DNA of 64,000 bases from Candidatus Micrarchaeota archaeon (GTDB lineage: Archaea > Micrarchaeota > Micrarchaeia > Anstonellales > Bilamarchaeaceae): contig JBGFRX010000016.1 in the NCBI GenBank assembly GCA_041694885.1, positions 86-64,085 of the forward strand, in the 5' to 3' direction. Shown here one piece after another: positions 47,038-56,632 of this stretch. The position numbers and the translations under genes are program-made. The notes under the pieces were generated by a model. The model ran no database searches, was not told the origin of the DNA, and saw nothing but the letters and a program-made list of their open reading frames with translations. Position 1 is the stretch's first letter; every line of letters starts with the position of its first letter.

Positions 47038-47601
47038 TCACTCCAAAATGGAAACGAAGCGTTCCACCGATTCCGGCAACTTTCCATCCCTGCTCATTAT
47101 TATTGTGGCAGGCGCCCCGGTGAATGCGGAATATGCCGCAAGATAGCCGAAGTTGATTTCAAGATGCTCCGCAATCTCGCCCTTGTTCGCTTCCCTTATC
47201 CTTGTTTTGTCCTTTTTCCGTCTTCCGCATATTTCGTCAACAGTGGCAGAGACAAGCACGAGCCCGTCCACCTTGAGCTTCTTCAGAAGCGCGAACGGCA
47301 GGCCTGGAAGATAGCCCTTTGGCGTTCGTATTGAGCAGTGCGTATCGAGTATGACTTTGCCATCCATTTTCGAGAGCCGTTCCGCGACCGTCTTCTGCAC
47401 CGCCTTCTGCTGCGCCACCGACGTTTTTCGCATTTCGTCCCTGTCCTTTACCCCGTATTTTTCCCCGAATACCCCGAGCATGAGGTCGCCGTAGTTCACT
47501 ATTTTGTATTCCTGCTTCCTTTCCATCACACCCTTGAGCACGGATGTCTTCCCTGCGCCGGGCACTCCCATGACGATTATCATTTCATCCACCTTTTCCA
47601 T
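47038..47601 (-). CDS. adkA: Adenylate kinase, archaeal type
   Basis: MGVPGAGKTSV P-loop, follows secY. Confidence 0.85.
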   Translation of the reverse strand: MEKVDEMIIVMGVPGAGKTSVLKGVMERKQEYKIVNYGDLMLGVFGEKYGVKDRDEMRKTSVAQQKAVQKTVAERLSKMDGKVILDTHCSIRTPKGYLPGLPFALLKKLKVDGLVLVSATVDEICGRRKKDKTRIREANKGEIAEHLEINFGYLAAYSAFTGAPATIIMSRDGKLPESVERFVSILE

Positions 47602-47655
47602 TTATTTTGGGTTTCCTGTTTCGGGTCTTCGGTTTCGCACTGGTTTGAAAAAAAT

Positions 47656-49224
47656 TTATTTCGCAAACATGCTGGCCATCTGCGGGTATACGTCGAACAC
47701 CTTGAGCTTCTCGAATTCTTCGTAGAGCTTGTAAAGGATCCCCACAGTAAGCAATATCCCTGTCCCTGTCCCGAGCGCACCTGTAATGTCACCGAGCCCT
47801 GCAAGAAAGCCGACTGAGGCGCTGCTCGTAATTATGAGTGGATTGATGTATTTCTCAAGCACCTTCTCTAACAAGCGCGGATCCCTCCTGTATCCGGGAA
47901 TCTGGAACCCTGCTCTTCCGAGTTGCTCTGCCACGCTCTTCGCATCCATGCTGCTGGTCTCTGACCAGAATATGCCGAACATGATTGAAATGAGAACGAG
48001 GAAAATCACGTAAGTTATCGCATGCACCCATTCAGGGATTTTGAACGTGGGAGTTGTAGTGTTCGCGAGCGCGTTGAAGTGTGCCATTGTCCCTCCTCCA
48101 GCATAAATCGGGGTAATGAAATACACAAGCCCATCGCGCACCATGTTCTGCGAATCCACCACCCCCAAATAGTCTGCGATGTTGTTTCCGCCCACAGTCC
48201 AGTTTTGCGCCTGCAGCGCTATGATGAGTGGAGCGGAGAATAGCTGGACGTTGAGCAGCAGTGCGGCTGCGAAAATAACTGGGATGTTGGAAACGTAGAA
48301 GAATTTGAGCGGAAGCTTGGGCACCATCCCCCTAGCTGCCTCGTACGCGACAGGTATCTCGACTTTCATGCCTTCTGCGTACACCACTACGAGGAACACC
48401 AGCACAGTGAATACGAACGGCAGCAGCACGAGCAGCGCAGAAGGTATCGCGTCAGCGCCTCCGCCTGCGAGCGTCTCTACTACTCCAGACCCGTAGGGGG
48501 ACGTCTCCAAGGTTCCGAAAACAAGTGCTGAAAGACCTCCCAAAACCGAGAGCGAAACCCCTGCTGCTATGAACAAGCTTATGCCGCTCCCTATCCCGTA
48601 CCTGGAAATCGTCTCGTCTAAGTAGAAAAGTATTATTGCGGCCAATGCGATCTGGAGCGTTACGATGCCCGCAGTAAGTCCGCTGCCGTCCACAAGAATC
48701 GTCTTGCCAGTATATACGAAAATTCCAGCCTCCAGGAATGCGAGAATAAATGCAAGTACTTTCTGCGTTTCGTGGAACTGCTTTTTCTGCGCCGGATTGC
48801 TTAAATCGACATTTATCAGGCCAGCGCCCTTGGACAACTGAAGGAAAATGGAGGCGAGCACTATGGGCCCTATCCCCACTGTGAGGAGCGAACCGATATT
48901 CGAAGCAGTTATGATCTGGAGGAAATCCGTGCTCACTGCCTTCGAGCTCACTCCGAACGCAGTCACGTTATACATCACGTAGAATATCACGAGCGCGGCA
49001 ATAGTCCACATTATCTTTTCCCTGATGGACACCGGCCTGTCCGGAACCCGCACTTCAGGAAGAACCCTTGAAGCAGAAGACATTATTTCCATTATATTCA
49101 TACTCTCACCAACGACCAAGGGTTTCAGACGCGGGAAATGCACCAGACTCGGGCTTCCACCCGCAGCTCGTTTTGCCTGTTTTTGCCTGCTTTGCCTATT
49201 CAACGGAAATTTAAAAACATTCAA
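47656..49224 (-). CDS. secY: Preprotein translocase subunit SecY
   Basis: 10 TM helices, IGPIVLASIFLQL, GIGSGISLFIAAGV; true start probably at 49101 (MNIMEIMSSASRVLPEV). Confidence 0.9.
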   Translation of the reverse strand: MNVFKFPLNRQSRQKQAKRAAGGSPSLVHFPRLKPLVVGESMNIMEIMSSASRVLPEVRVPDRPVSIREKIMWTIAALVIFYVMYNVTAFGVSSKAVSTDFLQIITASNIGSLLTVGIGPIVLASIFLQLSKGAGLINVDLSNPAQKKQFHETQKVLAFILAFLEAGIFVYTGKTILVDGSGLTAGIVTLQIALAAIILFYLDETISRYGIGSGISLFIAAGVSLSVLGGLSALVFGTLETSPYGSGVVETLAGGGADAIPSALLVLLPFVFTVLVFLVVVYAEGMKVEIPVAYEAARGMVPKLPLKFFYVSNIPVIFAAALLLNVQLFSAPLIIALQAQNWTVGGNNIADYLGVVDSQNMVRDGLVYFITPIYAGGGTMAHFNALANTTTPTFKIPEWVHAITYVIFLVLISIMFGIFWSETSSMDAKSVAEQLGRAGFQIPGYRRDPRLLEKVLEKYINPLIITSSASVGFLAGLGDITGALGTGTGILLTVGILYKLYEEFEKLKVFDVYPQMASMFAK

Positions 49225-49260
49225 GAATTATAAACTCTTACGAAAGGAAAAAAATCAAAA

Positions 49261-49683
49261 TCAAGCGGATATCTTTTCAATGGAGCCGCCTGCCTGCCTT
49301 ATCTTCTCTTCGGCTTTCCTGCTCCAACTGCCCGCCTTAACCGCCACTACAACAGTTATTTCGCCTGTGCCTAAAATCTTGCCTTCGAAAGTAAGCTCGT
49401 GCTTCCCCTCCTTTTTCCCGAGCTCGTTCTTCCTTGCCCTGTTCTCTATCTCGAAAACGTTCATCACCTTCATTTCCTGCCTGAGTGGATTCACGAAGCC
49501 GTAGTTTCCGAAGTGCTTTGGCGCGAACTTCACGGTCCACGTCTTCCTGTGCTTGTTCAGCCCTGCACCTCCCACTCCTCCGCGGTTTCCGCTTCCCCTC
49601 CTGTTTTTCACGTTGCCTGCGCCATGCGTCCTGTGGCCGCGCCAGCTCTTCGTCTTCCTGTCTTTTCTTTTCATGATCATCAC
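49261..49683 (-). CDS. rpl15: Ribosomal protein L15 (uL15)
   Basis: G/R-rich N-terminus RGHRTHGAGNVKNRRGSGNRGG. Confidence 0.85.
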   Translation of the reverse strand: MMIMKRKDRKTKSWRGHRTHGAGNVKNRRGSGNRGGVGGAGLNKHRKTWTVKFAPKHFGNYGFVNPLRQEMKVMNVFEIENRARKNELGKKEGKHELTFEGKILGTGEITVVVAVKAGSWSRKAEEKIRQAGGSIEKISA

Positions 49684-49702
49684 CGGCTTCTTTTGGAACG
49701 CC

Positions 49703-50143
49703 CTAAGCCATCCTCCTTATAAGTCCGTTCATGTCCGGCCTCGCCCCGAGATCGCCTATGGGATAGGGCAGCTTAATATTCTTCCAGCCCTTGCTCGGAG
49801 GTCTGAGTGTGAAAACCGGGTCAGCGAATTCCTTCGCCTTCGCTCCATCAATTATCTTTTTCGCAATCGCTGTTATTTCATCCTTTTTGGAAATTTCCGA
49901 AAGCCGCTTCGAGCCCTTTTTCGCCCTCTTTGAAAGCAGGTGCAAAATCGCGCCTTCGTTTATCGGTCCGAATGTGACATAATCCTTCGCAACGTTGAGC
50001 ATGCCCTTCACATATTCCGAGTCGTCCATAAGGACGCAGTGGTTCGGCCTGCGCAGATTGAGAAGCTCGAGCGTCTTTCTTATCTTCTGCTTCATGTTCC
50101 TCCTTCCACGCACCCTTATTATCGCAATCTTCATCGTGTTCAC
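49703..50143 (-). CDS. rpl30: Ribosomal protein L30 (uL30)
   Basis: KIAIIRVRGRRNM, ferredoxin-like L30 pattern. Confidence 0.85.
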   Translation of the reverse strand: MNTMKIAIIRVRGRRNMKQKIRKTLELLNLRRPNHCVLMDDSEYVKGMLNVAKDYVTFGPINEGAILHLLSKRAKKGSKRLSEISKKDEITAIAKKIIDGAKAKEFADPVFTLRPPSKGWKNIKLPYPIGDLGARPDMNGLIRRMA

Positions 50144-50162
50144 CTAAGCCAAAATTTCAAAA

Positions 50163-50906
50163 TCACTGCGTGTTTCCTTCAAGTCCCCGGACTATGTCCG
50201 GCTTCACCATGGATATGTTCTGGAGCGCCCGCACAGTCGCCATCGCAGTATTGTAAACGTTATTAGTGTTCCCGCTCGTGGTGCTCCATGCGTCCTTCAC
50301 CCCTGCTACCAAAAGCACTTTTTTCACAGTCGCGTTCGACGCGAGCCCAAGCCCCTTGGGCGCAGGTTTGAGCACCACTATGGTGCTTCCTTCTTTCCCC
50401 CGTGTCACCTTGGGTATGGAATGCATGGAATGACATTTGCACTCCCACGAGCCGCAGCCCATCCTCAGTGAAATCATGTTCTTCTTAGCATCCCTTATCG
50501 CGTAATCCAGGCCTGGCTTTATTTCGTCGCATTTGCCCACGCCTATTCCAACATGGCCCATGCGGTCGCCCACGACCACAACCACGCGGAACTGTATCTT
50601 CCTTCCGGAATCGGTCACACGCTGAGTGCTTTTTATGAGCAGCGTCTCTGCTTCCATCTGCTGGAGCAGCACATCGGTGATTTCTGGCTCGAGAATGGGC
50701 CTGCCGAGCTCTGTTATCTGCTCAAGCGAGGTTATCTCTCCGCCCTTCACCATGCGCCCGAGCTCCGTTTTAGGATTCCAGCGCTCCTTGTCAACGACAG
50801 TTACCTTTTCGCTCATCATCAGCACCTTATGAGAGTATTTTTTTCTTCGCTTCCTCGAATTCATTCTTGAGTTTGAGGTGCGTGCCGTCCAGCCGCTCTG
50901 CCACAA
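50163..50906 (-). CDS. rps5: Ribosomal protein S5 (uS5)
   Basis: FRVVVVVGDRMGHVGIGVGK; likely start at 50819. Confidence 0.9.
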   Translation of the reverse strand: MWQSGWTARTSNSRMNSRKRRKKYSHKVLMMSEKVTVVDKERWNPKTELGRMVKGGEITSLEQITELGRPILEPEITDVLLQQMEAETLLIKSTQRVTDSGRKIQFRVVVVVGDRMGHVGIGVGKCDEIKPGLDYAIRDAKKNMISLRMGCGSWECKCHSMHSIPKVTRGKEGSTIVVLKPAPKGLGLASNATVKKVLLVAGVKDAWSTTSGNTNNVYNTAMATVRALQNISMVKPDIVRGLEGNTQ

Positions 50907-51312
50907 CTACGCTTTCGTCGAAAGGCATCGCTATTCCTGCGTCTCTTGCGCCCTTCACTGCTGCGAACACCACTGCTCCTTTGGATGCAGTTGTATTTAT
51001 GTCCGCTATCGCTTCGCTTACTCCTTTTGCCTTCGCCTGTTTCCCTGCATAAAGGCCTGCAAGGTAGGCAGTGGGTGTGTTGCACTTAGCAGGGAAATTC
51101 GAAATTTTCCTAAGTTGTGAGGAATGCATCGAGTAAATCGTCCTGTCCCCTTTTTCCGAGTACTGCACGAACTGGAGCACGAAGCCCTTATTCGAGCGCC
51201 TTATCACCAGCCGTGTTTTCCCGCATTTCACTGCAGCGAGCCGCTTCGCGTAGTCAGTCTTCCCTTCCCTCCTTCTCCGGAAAGGCATTATGAACGTGGT
51301 CTTGATTTTCAT
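50827..51312 (-). CDS. rpl18: Ribosomal protein L18 (uL18)
   Basis: FRRRREGKTDYAKR N-terminus. Confidence 0.9.
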   Translation of the reverse strand: MKIKTTFIMPFRRRREGKTDYAKRLAAVKCGKTRLVIRRSNKGFVLQFVQYSEKGDRTIYSMHSSQLRKISNFPAKCNTPTAYLAGLYAGKQAKAKGVSEAIADINTTASKGAVVFAAVKGARDAGIAMPFDESVVVAERLDGTHLKLKNEFEEAKKKILS

Positions 51313-51477
51313 TTCAGCACCTTTATCAAATTCATTTTTTTACTTTTTATCGAGTCCATTTAACCATCATTTTATTTTTTTTATTATTTTGCGTTCTGGC
51401 CCAATTTAATTCATCTTCTGCGTTCATTTCATCTGGTTCGCATTATCATTCCCTTTCGCTTTTCTTCAATAATTGAT

Positions 51478-51915
51478 TTATTTTTTCGTTTCAGCTTTTT
51501 CAATATACAGCCTGTTGTCCTTGAGGTACATGAGCATGGCTTTCTTTCCCCTGAACGCGCCTCCCTTTATCCTCATGTACACGCCGCGCTTGTTTTTTCT
51601 CTCCACATTTCCTTCCGCAACGAGCTGCGCGAGATATTTCCTCTGCGCCCTCACGTTGATCATCCACTTCTCCTTTTCAGGAGTGCGGGAATTCATGCTT
51701 CCTCTGCGCGAGCCGCCTAGTTTCCGTTTCCTCCTGTTCATTACCTTGAAGCCGGGCTTCCTCTTTACGTAAACCACTCCGTCCTTTATGAGTTTCCTTA
51801 CGTCCTCGCGCGTGAGCGCGCTTTCCGCCCTTCCAATTTCCCCGCTCTTTATGCGGATTTTACTTTCCCCTGCGCCCAAAATGTCGGCAGCGAGGCGTTT
51901 TACCGTTGAAAGCAT
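51478..51915 (-). CDS. rpl19e: Ribosomal protein L19e
   Basis: 145 aa, basic L19e pattern RKLIKDGVVYVKRKPG. Confidence 0.85.
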   Translation of the reverse strand: MLSTVKRLAADILGAGESKIRIKSGEIGRAESALTREDVRKLIKDGVVYVKRKPGFKVMNRRKRKLGGSRRGSMNSRTPEKEKWMINVRAQRKYLAQLVAEGNVERKNKRGVYMRIKGGAFRGKKAMLMYLKDNRLYIEKAETKK

Positions 51916-51930
51916 TTCATCACCATTAAA

Positions 51931-52278
51931 TCAATTGAGCAGCGTAATTTTCATCTCCGCAGCAATCTTCCTCATCTCCTCTTTTTTCCTTTTTCCGATT
52001 CCGGCAGCGAGTCGGGCAGCAAGTTTTTCCTTTGCCGAGAGTGCCCTGAGTTCGTTCGCATTGTGCACCAGCACCTCGAAAACCCCTGAAGGGTGCATTC
52101 CCCTGATCTCACTGGCATTCTTGTATCCGATGCGCGGACTCGCCCCTGCGAACGCGAACCGTACTCTTTTCTTGCTATCCGTTCCGCGCGGCTTCCTCCA
52201 TCTCTCCTTCACTCTTTTCTTGAAGCCCGCGTTCGGGACATTGAATTTTGGTTTGGATTTTTTTTCCATCTCATTCAC
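51931..52278 (-). CDS. rpl32e: Ribosomal protein L32e
   Basis: KKRVKERWRKPRGTDSKKR. Confidence 0.85.
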   Translation of the reverse strand: MNEMEKKSKPKFNVPNAGFKKRVKERWRKPRGTDSKKRVRFAFAGASPRIGYKNASEIRGMHPSGVFEVLVHNANELRALSAKEKLAARLAAGIGKRKKEEMRKIAAEMKITLLN

Positions 52279-52785
52279 CTAAACGAACTCGTATGCGCCG
52301 TCCTGGAACACCCTGCAGTCCTTTTTCTTTATGCGGAGCGCGCGCCTGAAATTCGCAATCGTCTGACCCACCCCGTCCTTGTCCGGACCTGAAACAGTAA
52401 CCTCTTGCCCCTTTGCCTCGACCTTGGTGCTGCCTATGAGCCGGAACACGCGCGGTTGCCTTTCGCCGAGCAGGTTCTTCACATTGACTTTGTCTCCCTT
52501 TACTTCGAGCGTGAATGGGAAGTGCGCGTATATGAGCTTGAGCTTCCTGACGTATCCGTTGCGCACCCCCTCGACCATATTCTTCACGTGCGCCTCGAGC
52601 GTCCCCTTCAGCGCAGGCGTGGGTGCAGACACCTCGACCTTTCCTTCTTCTGCCTTTATTTTCACGCCCTGCGCTTTGAATGTCTTTTCAACATTTCCCT
52701 TCGGCCCGTTCGCCTTGACCGTGAGGCCGTCAGCGCTTACTGCGACCGTGATTCCCTGAGGTATTTCCACTGCCATCATGAACAC
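52279..52785 (-). CDS. rpl6: Ribosomal protein L6 (uL6)
   Basis: IEIPQGITVAVSADGLTVKANGPKG, two-domain L6 fold. Confidence 0.85.
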   Translation of the reverse strand: MFMMAVEIPQGITVAVSADGLTVKANGPKGNVEKTFKAQGVKIKAEEGKVEVSAPTPALKGTLEAHVKNMVEGVRNGYVRKLKLIYAHFPFTLEVKGDKVNVKNLLGERQPRVFRLIGSTKVEAKGQEVTVSGPDKDGVGQTIANFRRALRIKKKDCRVFQDGAYEFV

Positions 52786-53283
52786 CTAATATACGTATGC
52801 GATGAGCCGGCCGCCTATGCCCTTCTCCTGCGCCTCCATATTGGTGACTATTCCATTCGAAGTTGAGACGATTATCACTCCTATGTTGTACGCGGGAAGG
52901 AAGCGCTGCTCGAACTGCGGCCAGTCGCCCTTCTTGACTGGGAAGCGCGGTTTCACAACTCCTGCCTCGTTTATCTTTCCAGCGAGCTCGATCTCGTACT
53001 TGTTTCCCCTGCCGTCTTCCCTAAGGCGATAGGACGCGATGTAGCCCTGGTCCTTGAGTATCCCGAGCACCCTCGCTATGAGTTTGGACGCTTTCACCGT
53101 GCAGTACCTCTGCCCAGCAATCTCGTGCGTTTTCATAGTGTTGAGCGCATCAGCGAGAATATCCATCATATCACCTAATATTTCCTGAAGTTGATATGCT
53201 CCGCGACTTCGCGGAAGCACCTCCTGCACACGTGAAGGTTGTATTTCCTTATTACCGCGCGCGCATTGCCGCATATTCTGCAC
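52786..53283 (-). CDS. rps8: Ribosomal protein S8 (uS8)
   Basis: MMDILADALNTMKTHEIAGQRY...; probable start at 53169. Confidence 0.85.
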   Translation of the reverse strand: MQNMRQCARGNKEIQPSRVQEVLPRSRGAYQLQEILGDMMDILADALNTMKTHEIAGQRYCTVKASKLIARVLGILKDQGYIASYRLREDGRGNKYEIELAGKINEAGVVKPRFPVKKGDWPQFEQRFLPAYNIGVIIVSTSNGIVTNMEAQEKGIGGRLIAYVY

Positions 53284-53363
53284 TTCCTCGTGCCCTTTGC
53301 CTTGTATTTTTCCTCGAGCGGAACCTTTGCCATCATCGCACCTTCAACATCATTGCATTTCAC
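53175..53363 (-). CDS. rps14: Ribosomal protein S14 (uS14, zinc-binding type)
   Basis: CRICGNARAVIRKYNLHVCRRCFRE; probable start near 53336. Confidence 0.85.
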   Translation of the reverse strand: MKCNDVEGAMMAKVPLEEKYKAKGTRKCRICGNARAVIRKYNLHVCRRCFREVAEHINFRKY

Positions 53364-53926
53364 TGTTCTTCAAATTTCGCCTTGAGTTTCGTCTTGGCGA
53401 ATTCCACTGCCTCCTCTTGTTTTATAGCGTGCTTTCTGCCCGTTTTTGCGCTCCTTCTCATCCTTTCCGAAACGCGCTTACCCTTTCTCTTGAGAGTTAC
53501 ACACACGTCGAACCCGAACACCCCAACCTTGGGATCGTATTTCGCGCCAGGGAAGTCAATATACTCCTTCACTCCGAACGAGAAATTCCCGGTCCTGTCG
53601 AAATTCCTCCTCTCCAATTTCCTTTTCCTCGAATCAAGCGCCCTGTTCAGGAAGTCGAGCGCCTTAGCTTCCCTGAACGTGGTCTTCAGGCCTATCGGAA
53701 GCCCGACCCTCAATTTGAAAACAGGATTCCTTTTCTTCGCCTTGGTCTCCACGAATTTCGAGCCCGTGAGCCGTTCCATGAATTCCTTCACTCCATCGAG
53801 CCGCTCGCCGGGCGAGCCGATGCCCAAATTGACCGTAACCTTGTCCACGAGTATTTCCCTCATCGGGTTTCCCGTCTCCAGTTTCCCGTCTCCTGTCCCG
53901 GATTCCGAGTTTCCTGCCATGATCAT
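53360..53926 (-). CDS. rpl5: Ribosomal protein L5 (uL5)
   Basis: EILVDKVTVNLGIGSPGERL N-terminal signature. Confidence 0.9.
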   Translation of the reverse strand: MIMAGNSESGTGDGKLETGNPMREILVDKVTVNLGIGSPGERLDGVKEFMERLTGSKFVETKAKKRNPVFKLRVGLPIGLKTTFREAKALDFLNRALDSRKRKLERRNFDRTGNFSFGVKEYIDFPGAKYDPKVGVFGFDVCVTLKRKGKRVSERMRRSAKTGRKHAIKQEEAVEFAKTKLKAKFEEQ

Positions 53927-54621
53927 GCACCCTCGTAGCTTTCGTCAATCACGAAAAGGTATTTCGCGAGTGTTATGAATTCCACTTCGTTCTTCAGCCG
54001 CGCCTCCGGCCATTCGCCCTCCCTTCTTATCACTGCCTCGAGCTTCGCAACTGTTCCAGCGTGCTTCCCGTCAGTAACGAGACATTTCGCCCCTTCCTCG
54101 AATTTCAGCACCTTTCCCAGCTTCTGTTCAGGAACCGATATGATTACCGTGTCCCCGACTGCGACATTGTTGTCCGCCTCCATGTTCCTGCCATCGTGGA
54201 GCGTGATGTTTATCTTCCCTTTCTTCACAGTGCGCTTTCCAACAACCTTACCAAGCTTGTTTCCATCCTTCTTTATTTCAGAAGGCACGAGCTGCGCCTT
54301 CCTGTTCACGATTATGCGGTACGTTTTGCCTGCACTTGGGAATGATACCATATCCATGAGGCCAACTGCGAGGCGCTCGTTCCTTCTCGCCTTTCCGTCC
54401 ACGAGCACCTGTTTCGAATTGAGGGTCTTGCGCGTCTCAGCAGCGCTCCTCGTTATCTTCAGTACATCCCTCAAAAGAACCCCGAGGGGAATCGCCTTCT
54501 CCTTCGGATGCGCGCCTGCTTCGCTGCTCATCATGAACCTGCTCGCTTTCCTGTCGCTCAGCGGTATCGCCTTTGGAGCCGCGAGCCGCTTCGTATGATA
54601 AGTCCCTCCTTTTTTCGCCAT
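53923..54621 (-). CDS. rps4e: Ribosomal protein S4e
   Basis: MAKKGGTYHTKRLAAPKAIPL N-terminus, 232 aa. Confidence 0.9.
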   Translation of the reverse strand: MAKKGGTYHTKRLAAPKAIPLSDRKASRFMMSSEAGAHPKEKAIPLGVLLRDVLKITRSAAETRKTLNSKQVLVDGKARRNERLAVGLMDMVSFPSAGKTYRIIVNRKAQLVPSEIKKDGNKLGKVVGKRTVKKGKINITLHDGRNMEADNNVAVGDTVIISVPEQKLGKVLKFEEGAKCLVTDGKHAGTVAKLEAVIRREGEWPEARLKNEVEFITLAKYLFVIDESYEGA

Positions 54622-54645
54622 TTTTACACCTTATCCATAATCATC

Positions 54646-55032
54646 TTAGACCTTCGGCCCTTCTACCTCAGCCGTTTTTTCCTTTTCCCCAGTTCCGAAC
54701 TTCTTCTTCCTCTCTTTGCTCATATTCAATTCCGTGAGCGCGAGGTTGGATGGATGGAAAGGAATCAGCATCTCGGTGCCCTTCGCGTTCTTGTGCGAAA
54801 TGCCCTCTATATAAACCCTGAGCTGGTTGTAATTGACTTTTGCGACCTTCGCGTTTTTTCCCGCGTGCGCTCCGCGCATCACCTTCACATTATCGCCCTT
54901 GTTCACGAGCAGCGCCCTTTTCTTCGTCCCGAGCTTTGCCTTGAGCTCCCTGGATAGGTGAACGTGCATCCTCTTTGCGCGCTCGTGTAGCACTGCTTCG
55001 TAGTGCATTTTCCTTTCGCGGTCTCTTTTCAT
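54646..55032 (-). CDS. rpl24: Ribosomal protein L24 (uL24, KOW)
   Basis: LLVNKGDNVKVMRGAHAGKNAKV KOW motif. Confidence 0.85.
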   Translation of the reverse strand: MKRDRERKMHYEAVLHERAKRMHVHLSRELKAKLGTKKRALLVNKGDNVKVMRGAHAGKNAKVAKVNYNQLRVYIEGISHKNAKGTEMLIPFHPSNLALTELNMSKERKKKFGTGEKEKTAEVEGPKV

Positions 55033-55042
55033 CCGGACACCA

Positions 55043-55444
55043 TCATATTACCGCAGGCGCAATTGCAGTTACCTTGGGATACCTTTCGAATACCTCCTTT
55101 GCCACCGCGCCCTTGATTTCCGTCCCTACTGGAAGGCCGTCCTCTGTTATGAGCACCGCCGCGTTGTCCTCGAATTCTACGGTGAATCCGTTTGCTCTCT
55201 TGAACGGCATCTTCTGTCTGATTATGAGTGCTCTGACAACCTTTTTTATTATCTCCGGCTTGCCCTTTTTTACCGATGCAATCACGACGTCCCCGATTCC
55301 CGCAGCAGGGTAGCGGTTCCGCACTCCCCTGAGGTTGAGCACGTTTATTATCTCTACCTCTTTCGCTCCGCTGTTGTCGTGGCACTGTATCCTGCTCCCA
55401 ACCTGCAGCCCGCGAGTGATATGCGATCCGGCAAGCCCTTTCAT
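55043..55444 (-). CDS. rpl14: Ribosomal protein L14 (uL14)
   Basis: VGSRIQCHDNSGAKEVEII signature. Confidence 0.9.
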   Translation of the reverse strand: MKGLAGSHITRGLQVGSRIQCHDNSGAKEVEIINVLNLRGVRNRYPAAGIGDVVIASVKKGKPEIIKKVVRALIIRQKMPFKRANGFTVEFEDNAAVLITEDGLPVGTEIKGAVAKEVFERYPKVTAIAPAVI

Positions 55445-55474
55445 TTCAAATCACCAGAATAATTTTTTATAGAA

Positions 55475-55783
55475 TTATTTCTTGTACTCATTAGAGACGA
55501 TCTCAAGCACAGTCCATGCCTTGGTCTTGCTTATCTTCCTCGTCTCGCCTATGCGCACTATGTCCCCGTATTTGGCGTTTATGCACTGTGGATTGTGCGC
55601 AGGCACCCTGCTAACCTTCTTCGAAATCCTGTTGTACTTGGGCATTATGCTCGAGATGTTCCTTTCAACTATGACCGTTCTCTTTCCCCGGTCGCTCACG
55701 ATCCTGCCCTCTATCCTGCTTCCCCTGACTTTGATGCTGCCATGGACATAGCAGTTCTTGTCACCGCATTTGGCTTCAGCCAT
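55475..55783 (-). CDS. rps17: Ribosomal protein S17 (uS17)
   Basis: OB-fold S17 pattern CGDKNCYVHGSIKVRG... Confidence 0.85.
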   Translation of the reverse strand: MAEAKCGDKNCYVHGSIKVRGSRIEGRIVSDRGKRTVIVERNISSIMPKYNRISKKVSRVPAHNPQCINAKYGDIVRIGETRKISKTKAWTVLEIVSNEYKK

Positions 55784-55988
55784 TTTTTCACCACATGAAT
55801 TTATGTTCGCAACTTCGGCTCAACACCTAAAGAAGCGTAAAGCATACTCAACTCAAATGCGCTTTCTCCGCTCAGTTTCGATTCGTTCCATCAGGAACGA
55901 GTGTCGCAACTTCGGGCATCCGCATCCTTAAGAAGGACTCTTGAGCAGTTGCCCTGAGGGCGCAATTTTTAGATTATAGAGCGCGGGG

Positions 55989-55998
55989 TTTATAAATA
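55989..55998 (-). promoter_or_regulatory. TATA box TTTATAAATA about 215 nt upstream of rps17, inside a 630-bp non-coding block
   Basis: Only strong A/T box between tRNA-Asn and rps17; implies a long 5' leader carrying 12-nt direct repeats. Confidence 0.3.
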
Positions 55999-56414
55999 TG
56001 AGTGCCGTGTATTGGGAAGTGCATATTGTCACCTTATTCGGGGATTCGTTCCCGAGAAACTTGCCTCGTTTAAGGTGACTTATATTCAGAAAAATTTACG
56101 AAACTTTCGTTATGTTGTTTACGGCGCAATTCGCAGCGGGCTCGATTTTCAAGCTATATTTTTACACTGAGAGCACCCTACTTCATACCTAACACCTCGC
56201 TTCCTGTTGATTTGTTTTTTGAGGCAAGATGTTGACCCTATTGCGTGGAGAACCGGGGTTAAAGGGGCAAAAAACTAACGCCCCGACCATGACTTTGCAA
56301 CAGTTGTCGCAAATTATAGGCCTCCGCTAAAGGATGACCCGAACAAATGAAGTTACGCTCAGGGGATTGGAGAGAACGACGAATCGTTCTCTGCTCCCTG
56401 GTGCTCACTGCGTT

Positions 56415-56513
56415 CGCCCCGGGGAAGACTCGAACTTCCGGCCTACTGATGTCTGTTTCCAGCTTTGAACCAGATTTAACAGTCAGTCGCTCTACCAACT
56501 GAGCTACCGAGGC
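56415..56513 (-). tRNA. tRNA-Asn(GUU) with a 26-nt intron at the canonical 37/38 position
   Basis: Reverse complement: GCCTCGG TA GCTC AGTTGGTA GAGC G ACTGA CTGTTA[26-nt intron]A TCAGT AGGCC GGAAG TTCGAGT CTTCC CCGGGGC G; full cloverleaf pairs including G-U at 4:69. Confidence 0.8.
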
Positions 56514-56632
56514 AAGTGATGACAAATGACCGTTTTCAGTTTCGGGTTTCGAAATGCAAAACTCAGAACTGGAAACCGTGAAATAGAAGCAAATAATGCC
56601 AAAAAATGTTTATAAAGGGCTGGGCTAACCTA

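Noticed and set aside
55784-56414. RNase P RNA, SRP RNA or 5S rRNA in the 630-bp non-coding block
   Set aside because: Searched by eye for AGGAAAGUCCGGGC (RNase P CR-I), GGAAGCAG/AGGCAG (SRP helix 8) and 5S consensus on both strands; none found; needs covariance-model scan before any call
56517-56525. C/D-box sRNA beginning with GTGATGA next to tRNA-Asn
   Set aside because: No matching D box (CUGA) at an appropriate distance on the same strand
56259-56525. 88-aa minus-strand ORF
   Set aside because: Overlaps the tRNA-Asn gene completely; artefact of ORF calling
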